A stretch of DNA of 64,000 nucleotides, taken from positions 11,363-75,362 of the forward strand of contig DATEHY010000050.1 of the NCBI GenBank assembly GCA_035279325.1, read 5' to 3'. A program made the translations under genes and the position numbers. The notes under the pieces were generated by a model. It was not told the DNA's origin, made no database searches, and saw nothing but the letters and a program-made list of their open reading frames with translations. Source of the stretch: Gaiellaceae bacterium. GTDB lineage: Bacteria; Actinomycetota; Thermoleophilia; Gaiellales; Gaiellaceae. Positions within the stretch are counted from its first letter, which is position 1; every line of letters starts with the position of its first letter. Of this stretch, positions 1-8,794 are shown piece after piece.

Positions 1-832
<832 letters not shown>

Positions 833-841
833 CTAAGCCTG

Positions 842-847
842 TTTATA
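842..847 (-). promoter_or_regulatory. Candidate -10 box (TATAAA) of dnaK
   Basis: The reverse strand reads catatctgcTATAAAcaggcttagattttctcacccGAGGAGGcagagcacaatATG. This is the only AT-rich hexamer in the gap between the transposase stop and dnaK. There is no convincing -35. Confidence 0.3.
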
Positions 848-889
848 GCAGATATGACCGGCTCGGGGCCAGCCGTCTCGCGCCCCACC

Positions 890-906
890 GACCGGTACGA
901 CGTACC
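890..906. repeat. Left REP-like inverted repeat (GACCGGTACGACGTACC) with internal palindrome GGTAC-GAC-GTACC
   Basis: Read directly from the sequence. It is a 17/17 match to the reverse complement of 1530-1546. Confidence 0.8.
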
Positions 907-918
907 AGTACGAAACCA

Positions 919-1464
919 TCACGTGGCCTCTACGAAAGCGCGCAGCGCCGCTCGCGGGTCGATCCCACTCCTGCTGAAGGCGCGAACGACCTCACGTGGA
1001 TCGATGAACGAGGCGAGACTCGTCACACCGATTGTCCCGCCGTAACTGCTCCATGGCCAAGCGGCGGGGGAGCGGCACAGACCACCTCTCACCGGGTTGT
1101 TGGCAACGTACGCGAAGGCGACGGCGAGCTCGCCCTCGTCGTGCAGTCGCCGCGATCCATAGGGAGCGAACTGCACCCGTCCTCGAAGAGCATGTCGGCG
1201 GTTGTAGTGGCGCGCGTACGCAAGGTTCAAGCGGTGCATTGCCCGTGGTAACTCGCCGTCGGCGACGCGCACGATGAGGTGATAGTGCGTCCTCATAAGG
1301 CAATACGCGACGCAACTCCAGTCAGCGTCGCGCGTCACCCGGGCGAGATGCCGAAGGAACTCGAGGCGGTCGGCGTCGTCTCGGTACAGATCCGCTGCCG
1401 ACCACACGCAGTGGGTGTAGATATGGAAGAGGCCTGCTGCCGTGTCGCGTCGTTTCGCCGCCAC
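919..1464 (-). CDS. REP-associated tyrosine transposase (RAYT; IS200/IS605-type Y1 HUH transposase fold)
   Basis: The 181-aa ORF has an HUH motif in CLMRTHYHLIV and the C-terminal Tyr motif typical of RAYTs, FAYVANNPVRGGLCRSPAAWPWSSY. It uses a GTG start. There is no tnpB partner. Confidence 0.8.
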   Translation of the reverse strand: MAAKRRDTAAGLFHIYTHCVWSAADLYRDDADRLEFLRHLARVTRDADWSCVAYCLMRTHYHLIVRVADGELPRAMHRLNLAYARHYNRRHALRGRVQFAPYGSRRLHDEGELAVAFAYVANNPVRGGLCRSPAAWPWSSYGGTIGVTSLASFIDPREVVRAFSRSGIDPRAALRAFVEAT

Positions 1465-1529
1465 TACGCAACCAAGCGTGCCGACTGAGACGTATCGTGA
1501 CCGTCACAGCTCGGTCGCACTTGCGTGAC

Positions 1530-1546
1530 GGTACGTCGTACCGGTC
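1530..1546. repeat. Right REP-like inverted repeat (GGTACGTCGTACCGGTC)
   Basis: Exact reverse complement of 890-906. It abuts the stop codon (1547-1549) of the EamA gene. Confidence 0.8.
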
Positions 1547-2350
1547 TCAGCGGAAGGCGCCGATCAGCGCTCCGCCGGCGACGATGAGGGCGGCGCCGAG
1601 GAGAAGCCCCTTCCCGACGAGCTCCGAGTCGCGGAGGAACAGCGCCGAGAGCGCGACGCCGACGAGGGACTCGATCGCAACGAGAGGCGCCACGACCGTG
1701 ACCCGGCCGCGGTAGTACGCCTCGAAGAGCGAGACGTACGAGAGGCCGAAGAGCACGCCCGCGGGGAGGAACGGGAGCCAGCGGCGGCCGAAGCCCTGGC
1801 GCGCCCAGGCCGCGATCAGGACCGTGCCGCCGCAGAGCGCCGCCGCTGCGGCGATCGCCGGCGGCACTGCGTGCCGCCCGCCGACGGCAAGATGGCGCAC
1901 GAGGTTGTCCCGGATCGCGAAGAGGGTCGCGCCCGCGAACGCATAGACGAGACCGAGCCGGTTGAGGTGCGCGGGCCGCTCGCGCTCGCGGGCCAGCTCC
2001 ACCCCACCGGCCGCGACGAGCACCGCTCCGGCGATCAGAGGCGCGCGGGCGGGCTCCGAGAGGAAGACGAGCGCGATCGTCACCGAAACGAGCGGCGCGG
2101 TGCCGAAGACCATCGAGACGCGCGACGCTCCCGACTCCCGGATCGCGACCGTGACGAGGATCTGTGCAGCGCCGGGCGAGAGGAGCCCTGCCAGGACGAA
2201 CGGCCACGCCGCCGAGAGGTGCAGGCCGCGCGACGGCGCCTCGGCCGCGGTCGCGACGAGCGCCACGGCGAGCGCGGTGGCGGCGGTCGCGATCGTCCCG
2301 AGGGCGACATCGGGATCGCGGTCGAGGGCGATCCGCAACGCGACGCTCAT
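1547..2350 (-). CDS. EamA/DMT-family transporter
   Basis: A 267-aa polytopic membrane protein with the two-EamA-repeat look (GAAQILVTVAIRESGASRVSMV..., LFEAYYRGRVTVVAPLVAIESLVGVALSALFL). Confidence 0.7.
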   Translation of the reverse strand: MSVALRIALDRDPDVALGTIATAATALAVALVATAAEAPSRGLHLSAAWPFVLAGLLSPGAAQILVTVAIRESGASRVSMVFGTAPLVSVTIALVFLSEPARAPLIAGAVLVAAGGVELARERERPAHLNRLGLVYAFAGATLFAIRDNLVRHLAVGGRHAVPPAIAAAAALCGGTVLIAAWARQGFGRRWLPFLPAGVLFGLSYVSLFEAYYRGRVTVVAPLVAIESLVGVALSALFLRDSELVGKGLLLGAALIVAGGALIGAFR

Positions 2351-2394
2351 CGCCCCGAAGAGGAGCGCCGACGCGAGCGCCAGCCCGACGGCGG

Positions 2395-2997
2395 CTATGC
2401 GCCCTCCAGCGCGTGCTCCGGCGTCGGCCGACCGCGCGCGAAGAGCGGGATGAAGACGTGCGCGAGCGGGCCGATCGAGACCGCGTAGAGAACCGTGCCG
2501 ACCCCGACGGTGCCTCCGAGCAGCCAGCCCGTCACCAGCACGGTGACCTCGAGCCCCGTCCGCACCACCCGGATCGAGTGTCCCCGTGCCGCGAGCCCCG
2601 TCATGAGACCGTCACGCGGCCCCGGCCCGAGCCCGGCGCCGATGTAGGCGCCCGTCGCGACGCCGTTGAGGAAGACGCCGCAGACGAGGCACGCGACGCG
2701 CGCAGCCATCGCGTGCGGCGCATGGACGTGGCCGAGCACGACGTCCATCGTCGCGCCGACGAGCACGACGTTGCTGAGCGTCCCGATGCCCGGGCGCTGT
2801 CGCAGAGGGATCCAGAGCAGGAGCACCGCGACGCCGACGAGGATCGCCCACGTCCCGATCGCGAGCCCGAACGTCTTCGACAGCCCCTGGTGGAAGACGT
2901 CCCACGGGTCGAGCCCGAGCCCGGCGAGGACGAGCAGGGAGGAGCTGACTCCGTAGAGGAGCAGGCCGCCGTACAGCTGAGCGAGACGCAGGCTCAC
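2395..2997 (-). CDS. YczE/YitT-like membrane protein
   Basis: LGLDPWDVFHQGLSKTFGLAIGTW and GPGPRDGLMTGLA are typical of the YczE family. I prefer the GTG at 2997 over the track start at 3012, because a TACGTT -10 box sits exactly 6 nt upstream of 2997. Confidence 0.65.
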   Translation of the reverse strand: MSLRLAQLYGGLLLYGVSSSLLVLAGLGLDPWDVFHQGLSKTFGLAIGTWAILVGVAVLLLWIPLRQRPGIGTLSNVVLVGATMDVVLGHVHAPHAMAARVACLVCGVFLNGVATGAYIGAGLGPGPRDGLMTGLAARGHSIRVVRTGLEVTVLVTGWLLGGTVGVGTVLYAVSIGPLAHVFIPLFARGRPTPEHALEGA

Positions 2998-3003
2998 GTC
3001 TCG

Positions 3004-3013
3004 AACGTACACT
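3004..3013. promoter_or_regulatory. Overlapping divergent -10 boxes: TACGTT (minus strand, 3009-3004) and TACACT (plus strand, 3008-3013)
   Basis: Each hexamer matches TANNNT. Each is followed by exactly 6 nt and then a GTG start (2997 on the minus strand, 3020 on the plus strand). That geometry is expected for leaderless mRNAs. Confidence 0.45.
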
Positions 3014-3019
3014 CGCGCG

Positions 3020-4276
3020 GTGTCCGAGGAGATGACGCTCCCCGCCCGGCTCGCCGAGGACGCGGCGGAGCGCCTGCTTCGCTACGTCCGCTTCGACACG
3101 CAGTCCGACGAGGAGTCGGATTCCTACCCCAGCACCGAGAAGCAGCTCGTCCTGCTGCGGCTCCTGCGCGACGAGCTCGCCGAGATCGGCCTCGCCGATG
3201 CCGCGATGGACGAGCACGGATACGTGACCGCGACGGTGCCGGCGACGGTCGAGCACGACGTGCCGACGATCGCCCTCTTCGCCCACGTCGACACCGCGCG
3301 CGAGGTGACCGGTGCCGGCGTCTCGCCCCAGCGGCTGCGATACGAAGGCGGCGACATCCGTCTCGGCGACTCGGGCCAGACGATCCGCCCCGGGCAGTCG
3401 CCGGAGCTTGCAAATCACATCGGGCACGAGCTGATCACGACCGACGGGACGACGCTCCTCGGCGCCGACGACAAGGCCGGCGCGGCGGAGATCATGGCCG
3501 CGGTCGCCCATCTCGTCGCCCATCCCGAGATCCCCCACGGGGCGGTCAAGGTCGCGTTCAACCCGGACGAGGAGATCGGGCGCGGCGTCGTCTACTTCCC
3601 CGTCGAGAGCCTCGGAGCCGTGGCGGCATACACCGTGGACGGCGCGACCGCGGGCGAGCTGCAGACCGAGACCTTCTCGGGCGCGCAGGTGCGCATGCGC
3701 ATCCACGGCCGGTCGATCCATCCCGGCTGGGCGAAGGGCGAGCTCGTGAACGCGATCAAGCTCGCCGGCGAGATCCTCTCGCGGCTGCCGCAGGACTCCC
3801 TCTCGCCCGAGACGACCGAGGAGCGCGAGGGCTACGTCCATCCCGTCGTGATCGAGGGCGACTCGTCGGAGGCCGAGCTGCGCTTCATCGTCCGCGACTT
3901 CGACGACGACCGCCTCGCCGGGCACATCGCGTTCCTGCGCGAACTCGCAGAGGACCTGTGCGCCGCCGAGCCGCGCTGCACGATCGAGGTCGAGGACCGC
4001 ATCCAGTACCGCAATCCGCGCGCTGCGCTCGAGCGCCATCCGGCGATCGTCTCCAACCTCGAGGAGGCGATTCGCCGCGTCGGGCTCCAGCCGAAGGAGA
4101 CGGCGATCCGCGGCGGTACGGACGGCTCCGTCCTCACGGAGATGGGCCTCCCTTCGGCGAACGTCTTCACCGGCGGCCACGACGCGCACAGCGAGCGCGA
4201 ATGGATCTGCGTCGAGGACATGGGCCTCGCCGCAGCCACGCTCGTCGAGCTGGCGCGGGTCTGGGCCGAGCGATAG
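3020..4276 (+). CDS. pepT: Peptidase T (tripeptide aminopeptidase, M20B)
   Basis: The 418-aa ORF contains [38 protein letters not shown] and GGTDGS. Confidence 0.9.
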   Translation: MSEEMTLPARLAEDAAERLLRYVRFDTQSDEESDSYPSTEKQLVLLRLLRDELAEIGLADAAMDEHGYVTATVPATVEHDVPTIALFAHVDTAREVTGAGVSPQRLRYEGGDIRLGDSGQTIRPGQSPELANHIGHELITTDGTTLLGADDKAGAAEIMAAVAHLVAHPEIPHGAVKVAFNPDEEIGRGVVYFPVESLGAVAAYTVDGATAGELQTETFSGAQVRMRIHGRSIHPGWAKGELVNAIKLAGEILSRLPQDSLSPETTEEREGYVHPVVIEGDSSEAELRFIVRDFDDDRLAGHIAFLRELAEDLCAAEPRCTIEVEDRIQYRNPRAALERHPAIVSNLEEAIRRVGLQPKETAIRGGTDGSVLTEMGLPSANVFTGGHDAHSEREWICVEDMGLAAATLVELARVWAER

Positions 4277-4280
4277 CGGG

Positions 4281-4286
4281 CACACT
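4281..4286 (+). promoter_or_regulatory. Possible -10-like box CACACT, 6 nt upstream of the moaA ATG
   Basis: The sequence reads CACACT-aggaga-ATG. The spacing matches the other leaderless candidates, but the first base is C and the spacer also resembles a Shine-Dalgarno. Confidence 0.25.
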
Positions 4287-4292
4287 AGGAGA

Positions 4293-5312
4293 ATGGAGCC
4301 GCTCCTCGACCGCCTCGGGCGTCCGCTCGAGACCCTCCGCATCTCGATCACCGACCGCTGCAACTTCCGCTGCGTCTACTGCATGCCGAAGGAGGTCTTC
4401 GGGCGCGACCACGCGTTTCTCGAGCGGCGCGAGCTGCTGAGCCTCGAGGAGCTGGCTCGCGTCGTCGGGATCTTCGCCGGCCTCGGCGTCCGCACCGTGC
4501 GCATCACCGGCGGGGAGCCGCTCGTCCGCCGCAACGTCGAGCACCTCGTCGAGCTGCTCGCCGCGATCCGGACGCCCGAGGGGGAGCGCCTCGAGCTCGC
4601 GCTGACGACCAACGGCTCGCTCCTCGCCCAGAAGGCGGACGCGCTCGCCGCCGCGGGCCTGAGCCGCGTCACGGTCAGCCTGGACTCGCTCGACGACGAG
4701 GCGTTCCGCGCCATGAACGACGTCGACTTCCCGGTGCAGAAGGTGCTCGAGGGGATCGACGCGGCGGCGGCGGCGGGCCTCCCGGTCAAGATCAACGCGG
4801 TCGTCAAGCGCGGCGCGAACGACGGCGGCGTGCCCGCGCTCGCGGAACACTTCCGCGGCAGTGGCCACGTCCTCCGCTTCATCGAGTACATGGACGTCGG
4901 CTCGACGAACGGCTGGCAGCTCGAGGACGTCGTGAGCGCCGAGGAGATCGTGCGCCGCATCTCGGGGCGCTGGCCGCTCGAGCCGGTGGCGGCCGACCGG
5001 CCCGACTCGACCGCGCGCCGCTGGCGGTACGCCGACGGCGCAGGCGAGGTCGGAGTGATCGCCTCCGTCACGCAGCCCTTCTGCGGAGGCTGCTCGCGCG
5101 CCCGCCTCTCGGCCGAGGGACGGCTCTACACGTGCCTCTTCGCGGCGCGCGGCCACGACCTGCGGGCGCCGCTGCGACTCGGCGCGACCGACGAGGAGCT
5201 GGTCGCGCGGCTCCGGGCGATCTGGACACGCCGGACCGACCGCTATTCCGAGCTCCGAACCGCGGAAACGGCGTCGTTGCCCAAGGTCGAGATGTCCTAC
5301 ATCGGCGGCTGA
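4293..5312 (+). CDS. moaA: GTP 3',8-cyclase MoaA (radical SAM, molybdenum cofactor biosynthesis)
   Basis: [10 protein letters not shown] radical-SAM cluster motif, a second cluster motif [20 protein letters not shown], and a C-terminal GG. Confidence 0.95.
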   Translation: MEPLLDRLGRPLETLRISITDRCNFRCVYCMPKEVFGRDHAFLERRELLSLEELARVVGIFAGLGVRTVRITGGEPLVRRNVEHLVELLAAIRTPEGERLELALTTNGSLLAQKADALAAAGLSRVTVSLDSLDDEAFRAMNDVDFPVQKVLEGIDAAAAAGLPVKINAVVKRGANDGGVPALAEHFRGSGHVLRFIEYMDVGSTNGWQLEDVVSAEEIVRRISGRWPLEPVAADRPDSTARRWRYADGAGEVGVIASVTQPFCGGCSRARLSAEGRLYTCLFAARGHDLRAPLRLGATDEELVARLRAIWTRRTDRYSELRTAETASLPKVEMSYIGG

Positions 5313-5348
5313 TCCACCCTCTGCCGGCCCTCCTGTAACCCCACGGAT

Positions 5349-5354
5349 TAAAGT
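5349..5354 (+). promoter_or_regulatory. Candidate -10 box TAAAGT, 6 nt upstream of the ATG at 5361 (leaderless geometry)
   Basis: The sequence reads ggatTAAAGTggtggcATG. Confidence 0.35.
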
Positions 5355-5360
5355 GGTGGC

Positions 5361-6116
5361 ATGGAGCGGGTCGTCGCTCTGGGAAGCAGGGTGCTCCCGC
5401 GCGGTTGGCGGGACTTTGGCCTCCAGCTGGTGATCTGGTTCGGCTTCTACTTCTCGTACCTCGCCGTCCGCCACCTGACCGACCGGGACCCCGCCAAGGC
5501 CGTCGTCAACGGCCTCAAGGTGATCTCGCTCGAGCAGCGTTTCTCGCACCACCTCTTCGAGCTGACGATCGAGCGAATCGCAGACTCGTCGTCCCTGCTG
5601 CTGACCGCTGCGGCCTGGACGTACTGGAACTCCGAGTTCACCGTGATCGGACTGACGCTGCTCTGGGTCTACCTCCGGAGGCACGAGCAGTTCACACGCT
5701 TCCGCAACACCATCCTGCTCGCGAACCTCATCGGGCTGATCGGCTTCGCGCTCGTCCCCACCGCGCCACCCTGGATGTTCCCCGGGCACGGGTTCGTCGA
5801 CGGCGTCAACCACCAGAGCGCGCTGCTGCAGTCACTCGGCAACCCGTACGCGGCGATGCCGAGCCTGCATTCCGCCGATGCGCTGATCGTCGGCTGGTTC
5901 CTCGTGTCGACATCGCGGACGAAGTGGGCGAAGGCGTTGTGGGCCCTCTGGCCCCTTTGGGTGTGGTTCTGCGTGATCGCCACCGCGAACCACTACGTCC
6001 TCGACGTGCTCGCCGGGATCGGAGTCGCGGTCGTGGCCCTGCTCGCGGTCTCGCACGCGCCGCGGCTGTTCGCCCGCCTACGGGCCGCCGGCCCGGCCAT
6101 CGCAAACCTGCTATAG
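5361..6116 (+). CDS. PAP2-superfamily membrane protein (PAP2_3 / inositol-phosphorylceramide-synthase-like)
   Basis: A 251-aa polytopic protein with PAP2 C2/C3-type motifs AMPSLHSADA and ANHYVLDVLAG. Confidence 0.7.
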   Translation: MERVVALGSRVLPRGWRDFGLQLVIWFGFYFSYLAVRHLTDRDPAKAVVNGLKVISLEQRFSHHLFELTIERIADSSSLLLTAAAWTYWNSEFTVIGLTLLWVYLRRHEQFTRFRNTILLANLIGLIGFALVPTAPPWMFPGHGFVDGVNHQSALLQSLGNPYAAMPSLHSADALIVGWFLVSTSRTKWAKALWALWPLWVWFCVIATANHYVLDVLAGIGVAVVALLAVSHAPRLFARLRAAGPAIANLL

Positions 6117-6117
6117 T
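6112..6117 (+). promoter_or_regulatory. Candidate internal -10 box TATAGT upstream of the pgsA1-like gene
   Basis: The sequence reads ctgcTATAGTcgacatagcaggattgcgATG. The box overlaps the PAP2 stop codon and is followed by an AGGA. Confidence 0.3.
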
Positions 6118-6135
6118 CGACATAGCAGGATTGCG

Positions 6136-6801
6136 ATGCTGGAGATGAATACCACCCCCAGGCTCCGCCGCGTCAAGCATGGCTACACGGACGGGGCGCG
6201 TTCGCTCGCCGGCCGCTCGGTCACCAGCCTTGCGCGCACCGGCATCACGCCGAACGTCCTCACGGCGACCGGCGTCTCGCTCTGTCTCGCAGCGGCGGTT
6301 CTCGTGCCGTTCGAGAACCGGGTCGACACGCTGCTCGTCTACTGGCTCGCCGCCGGCGTCTTCGTCGTCGGCTCGCTGCTCGACATCCTCGACGGTGCAC
6401 TCGCACGCGTAGGCGGCAAGGCCACCCCATTCGGCGCCTTCATCGACTCCACGACCGACCGTGTGGGCGAGGGCGCGATGCTCGCCGCGATCGCGCTCGT
6501 CTTTGCGCGGCACAACAAGGACTGGGCCGTGGTGGTCGCAGTCGCGGCCGTCGTCGGCTCGTTCCTCGTCTCGTACACCCGAGCCCGGGCCGAGGCGCTC
6601 GGACTCAAGGGCGACGTCGGCCTGGGCTCGCGCGCCGAGCGTGTGGTGGTCATCACCGCAGGTCTCGTCTTTGGCCCGTGGGGCGGCCTGCCGTGGGCGA
6701 TCGTCGCGCTCGCCGCGACGGCCTGGCTCACGGTCTTCCAGCGCATCCTGCACGTCCGCAAGCAACTTTCCGGAGGCACCAGTGGCAACGACCAACGGTA
6801 G
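6136..6801 (+). CDS. CDP-alcohol phosphatidyltransferase, PgsA1-like (phosphatidylinositol-phosphate synthase type)
   Basis: The signature D-G-x2-A-R-x8-G-x3-D-x3-D is present as [26 protein letters not shown]. It is 221 aa, about the size of mycobacterial PgsA1, and is adjacent to ino1. Confidence 0.8.
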   Translation: MLEMNTTPRLRRVKHGYTDGARSLAGRSVTSLARTGITPNVLTATGVSLCLAAAVLVPFENRVDTLLVYWLAAGVFVVGSLLDILDGALARVGGKATPFGAFIDSTTDRVGEGAMLAAIALVFARHNKDWAVVVAVAAVVGSFLVSYTRARAEALGLKGDVGLGSRAERVVVITAGLVFGPWGGLPWAIVALAATAWLTVFQRILHVRKQLSGGTSGNDQR

Positions 6802-7924
6802 GGCACGGCTCGACGACGGCAAGGTCCGCGTCGCGATCATCGGCGTCGGCAACTGCGCGAACTCGCTGCTCCAGGGCGTCGAGTACTACAAGGACGCGCC
6901 GGACGACCAGTTCGTCCCCGGCCTCATGCACGTCAACCTCGGCGGCTACCACGTCCGCGACGTCGAGTTCACCGCCGCGTTCGACGTCGTCAAGGGCAAG
7001 GTCGGCGAGGATCTCGCCGACGCGATCTGGGCTCACCCGAACGACACGATCGAGTTCGCCGACGTGCCGCAGACCGGCGTCAAGGTCTCGCGCGGCATGA
7101 CGCACGACGGGCTCGGCAAGTACCTGTCGCAGGTCGTCGAGAAGGCCCACGGCAAGACGGACGACGTGGTCGGGATCCTCAAGGAGACGAAGACCGACGT
7201 CGTGGTCAACTACCTCCCGGTCGGCTCCGAGGCGGCGACGAAGTGGTACGCCGAGCAGATCCTCGAAGCGGGCTGCGCGATGGTGAACTGCATGCCGGTC
7301 TTCATCGCACGCGAGGACTACTGGGGCAAGCGGTTCGAGGAGAAGGGCCTGCCAATCATCGGCGACGACATCAAGTCACAGGTCGGCGCGACGATCACCC
7401 ACCGCGTGCTCACGTCGCTCTTCCGCGAGCGCGGCGTCCACCTCGACAAGACGATGCAGCTCAACGTCGGCGGCAACTCCGACTTCCTCAACATGCTCGA
7501 GCGCGAGCGGCTCGAGTCGAAGAAGATCTCGAAGACGAACGCCGTCACCTCGATGCTCGACTACGACCTCGGCTCGGGGAACGTCCACGTCGGCCCGTCC
7601 GACTACGTGCCGTGGCTGACCGACCGCAAGTGGGCCTACATCCGGATGGAGGGCTCCTCGTTCGGCGACGTGCCGCTCAACGTAGAGCTGAAGCTCGAGG
7701 TCTGGGATTCGCCGAACTCGGCGGGAATCGTGATCGACGCCGTCCGGCTCTCGAAGCTCGCGCTGAACAACAACGTCGCGGGCGCGCTCGTCGGGCCGAG
7801 CTCGTACCTCATGAAGTCGCCACCGAAGCAGATCGTCGACGACGAGGCCTATGAGCTGACCGAGGAGTTCATTCGCGAGAACGCGCGCGTCGCGACGAAG
7901 CACGAGGCTCCGGCAGAGGTCTAG
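6782..7924 (+). CDS. ino1: myo-Inositol-1-phosphate synthase
   Basis: [41 protein letters not shown] and [22 protein letters not shown]. The GTG start at 6782 overlaps the upstream stop by 20 nt. The track ORF start at 6461 is an Arg/Ser-rich artefact. Confidence 0.92.
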   Translation: MATTNGRARLDDGKVRVAIIGVGNCANSLLQGVEYYKDAPDDQFVPGLMHVNLGGYHVRDVEFTAAFDVVKGKVGEDLADAIWAHPNDTIEFADVPQTGVKVSRGMTHDGLGKYLSQVVEKAHGKTDDVVGILKETKTDVVVNYLPVGSEAATKWYAEQILEAGCAMVNCMPVFIAREDYWGKRFEEKGLPIIGDDIKSQVGATITHRVLTSLFRERGVHLDKTMQLNVGGNSDFLNMLERERLESKKISKTNAVTSMLDYDLGSGNVHVGPSDYVPWLTDRKWAYIRMEGSSFGDVPLNVELKLEVWDSPNSAGIVIDAVRLSKLALNNNVAGALVGPSSYLMKSPPKQIVDDEAYELTEEFIRENARVATKHEAPAEV

Positions 7925-7928
7925 AACC

Positions 7929-8765
7929 GTGGAGGCTGCGGGCGGTGCCGGCACGGGAGACGCCGGCACCGCTCGCGATCCTCGTCCGGCCGTGACCGCG
8001 GACCTCGACATCCGTCCCGCCACGTCGCTGTCGCTGGACGAGCGCGCGGCGCTCTTCACCGCGGCGTACGAGGGCTACGCCGTGCCGATGCAGATCGACG
8101 GGGCACGCCTCGAGTGGATGGAGGACAAGTTCGACTTCGACCTCGGCGCGTCCCGGATCGCGTACCGCGACGGCGAGCCGGTCGGACTCGCCAATCTCGC
8201 CGTCCGCCAACGGGAGGCCTGGATCGGCGGCGTCGGCGTGGTCACCGCCGCGCGGCGCGGCGGCATCGGCGAGGCACTGATGCGCGCCGTCCACGACGAG
8301 GCGCGGTCGCGCGGCGTCGAGCGCATCTGGCTCGAGGTGTTCGACACGAACGTCGGCGCTCGATCGCTCTACGAGAAGCTCGGCTACGTCACGCAGCAGG
8401 ACGTCGAGGTCTGGACGCTGCCCGCCGCCGAGGGCGACTCGCCCGGACGCGAGGTCAGCGCGGCAGAGGCGAAGGCGCAGCTGCCGCAGCGGCACGAGCC
8501 GTGGCAGCGCGCCGACGGCACCCTCGCCCGCTACGACGACGTGCGCGGGCTCGTCACCGACACGGGCGCGATGCTGTTCTGCGTCCGCTCGACCGCGCAG
8601 CTGCAGCAGTACGGTGGCGAGCCCGAGCCTCTGCTCCGCGCGCTTCGCACGTTCGGCGACGTCTCCATCCTCAATCTCCCGGCCGAGGATCCCGCCGCGG
8701 CGGTCTTGCGGGAGCTCGGCGGCTCGGTCGTCGTCCGGCAGCACGAGATGCTGCTCGACCTCTAG
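7929..8765 (+). CDS. GNAT-family N-acetyltransferase with an extra C-terminal domain
   Basis: Acetyl-CoA motif VGVVTAARRGGIGEALMRAV...LEVFDTNVGARSLYEKLGY. The start is uncertain; an alternative GTG lies at 7992. Confidence 0.75.
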   Translation: MEAAGGAGTGDAGTARDPRPAVTADLDIRPATSLSLDERAALFTAAYEGYAVPMQIDGARLEWMEDKFDFDLGASRIAYRDGEPVGLANLAVRQREAWIGGVGVVTAARRGGIGEALMRAVHDEARSRGVERIWLEVFDTNVGARSLYEKLGYVTQQDVEVWTLPAAEGDSPGREVSAAEAKAQLPQRHEPWQRADGTLARYDDVRGLVTDTGAMLFCVRSTAQLQQYGGEPEPLLRALRTFGDVSILNLPAEDPAAAVLRELGGSVVVRQHEMLLDL

Positions 8766-8794
8766 CCGAGGCTCGGGCACTAGACTCGATCGAC

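Larger units (their letters stand above)
890..1546 (-). mobile_element. RAYT unit: a Y1 (HUH) transposase gene bracketed by inverted 17-nt REP-like repeats
   Basis: GACCGGTACGACGTACC at 890-906 is the exact reverse complement of GGTACGTCGTACCGGTC at 1530-1546. The two repeats bracket only the 546-nt transposase ORF. Confidence 0.6.

Noticed and set aside
4277-4292. Molybdenum-cofactor riboswitch upstream of moaA
   Set aside because: The intergenic region is only 16 nt, which leaves no room for a riboswitch.
2164-4440. 758-aa plus-strand ORF spanning the yczE-like gene, pepT and the start of moaA
   Set aside because: Its composition is extremely Arg/Pro/Ala-rich. It is out of frame with pepT and moaA, both of which have unmistakable family motifs. 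It is a typical high-GC shadow ORF.
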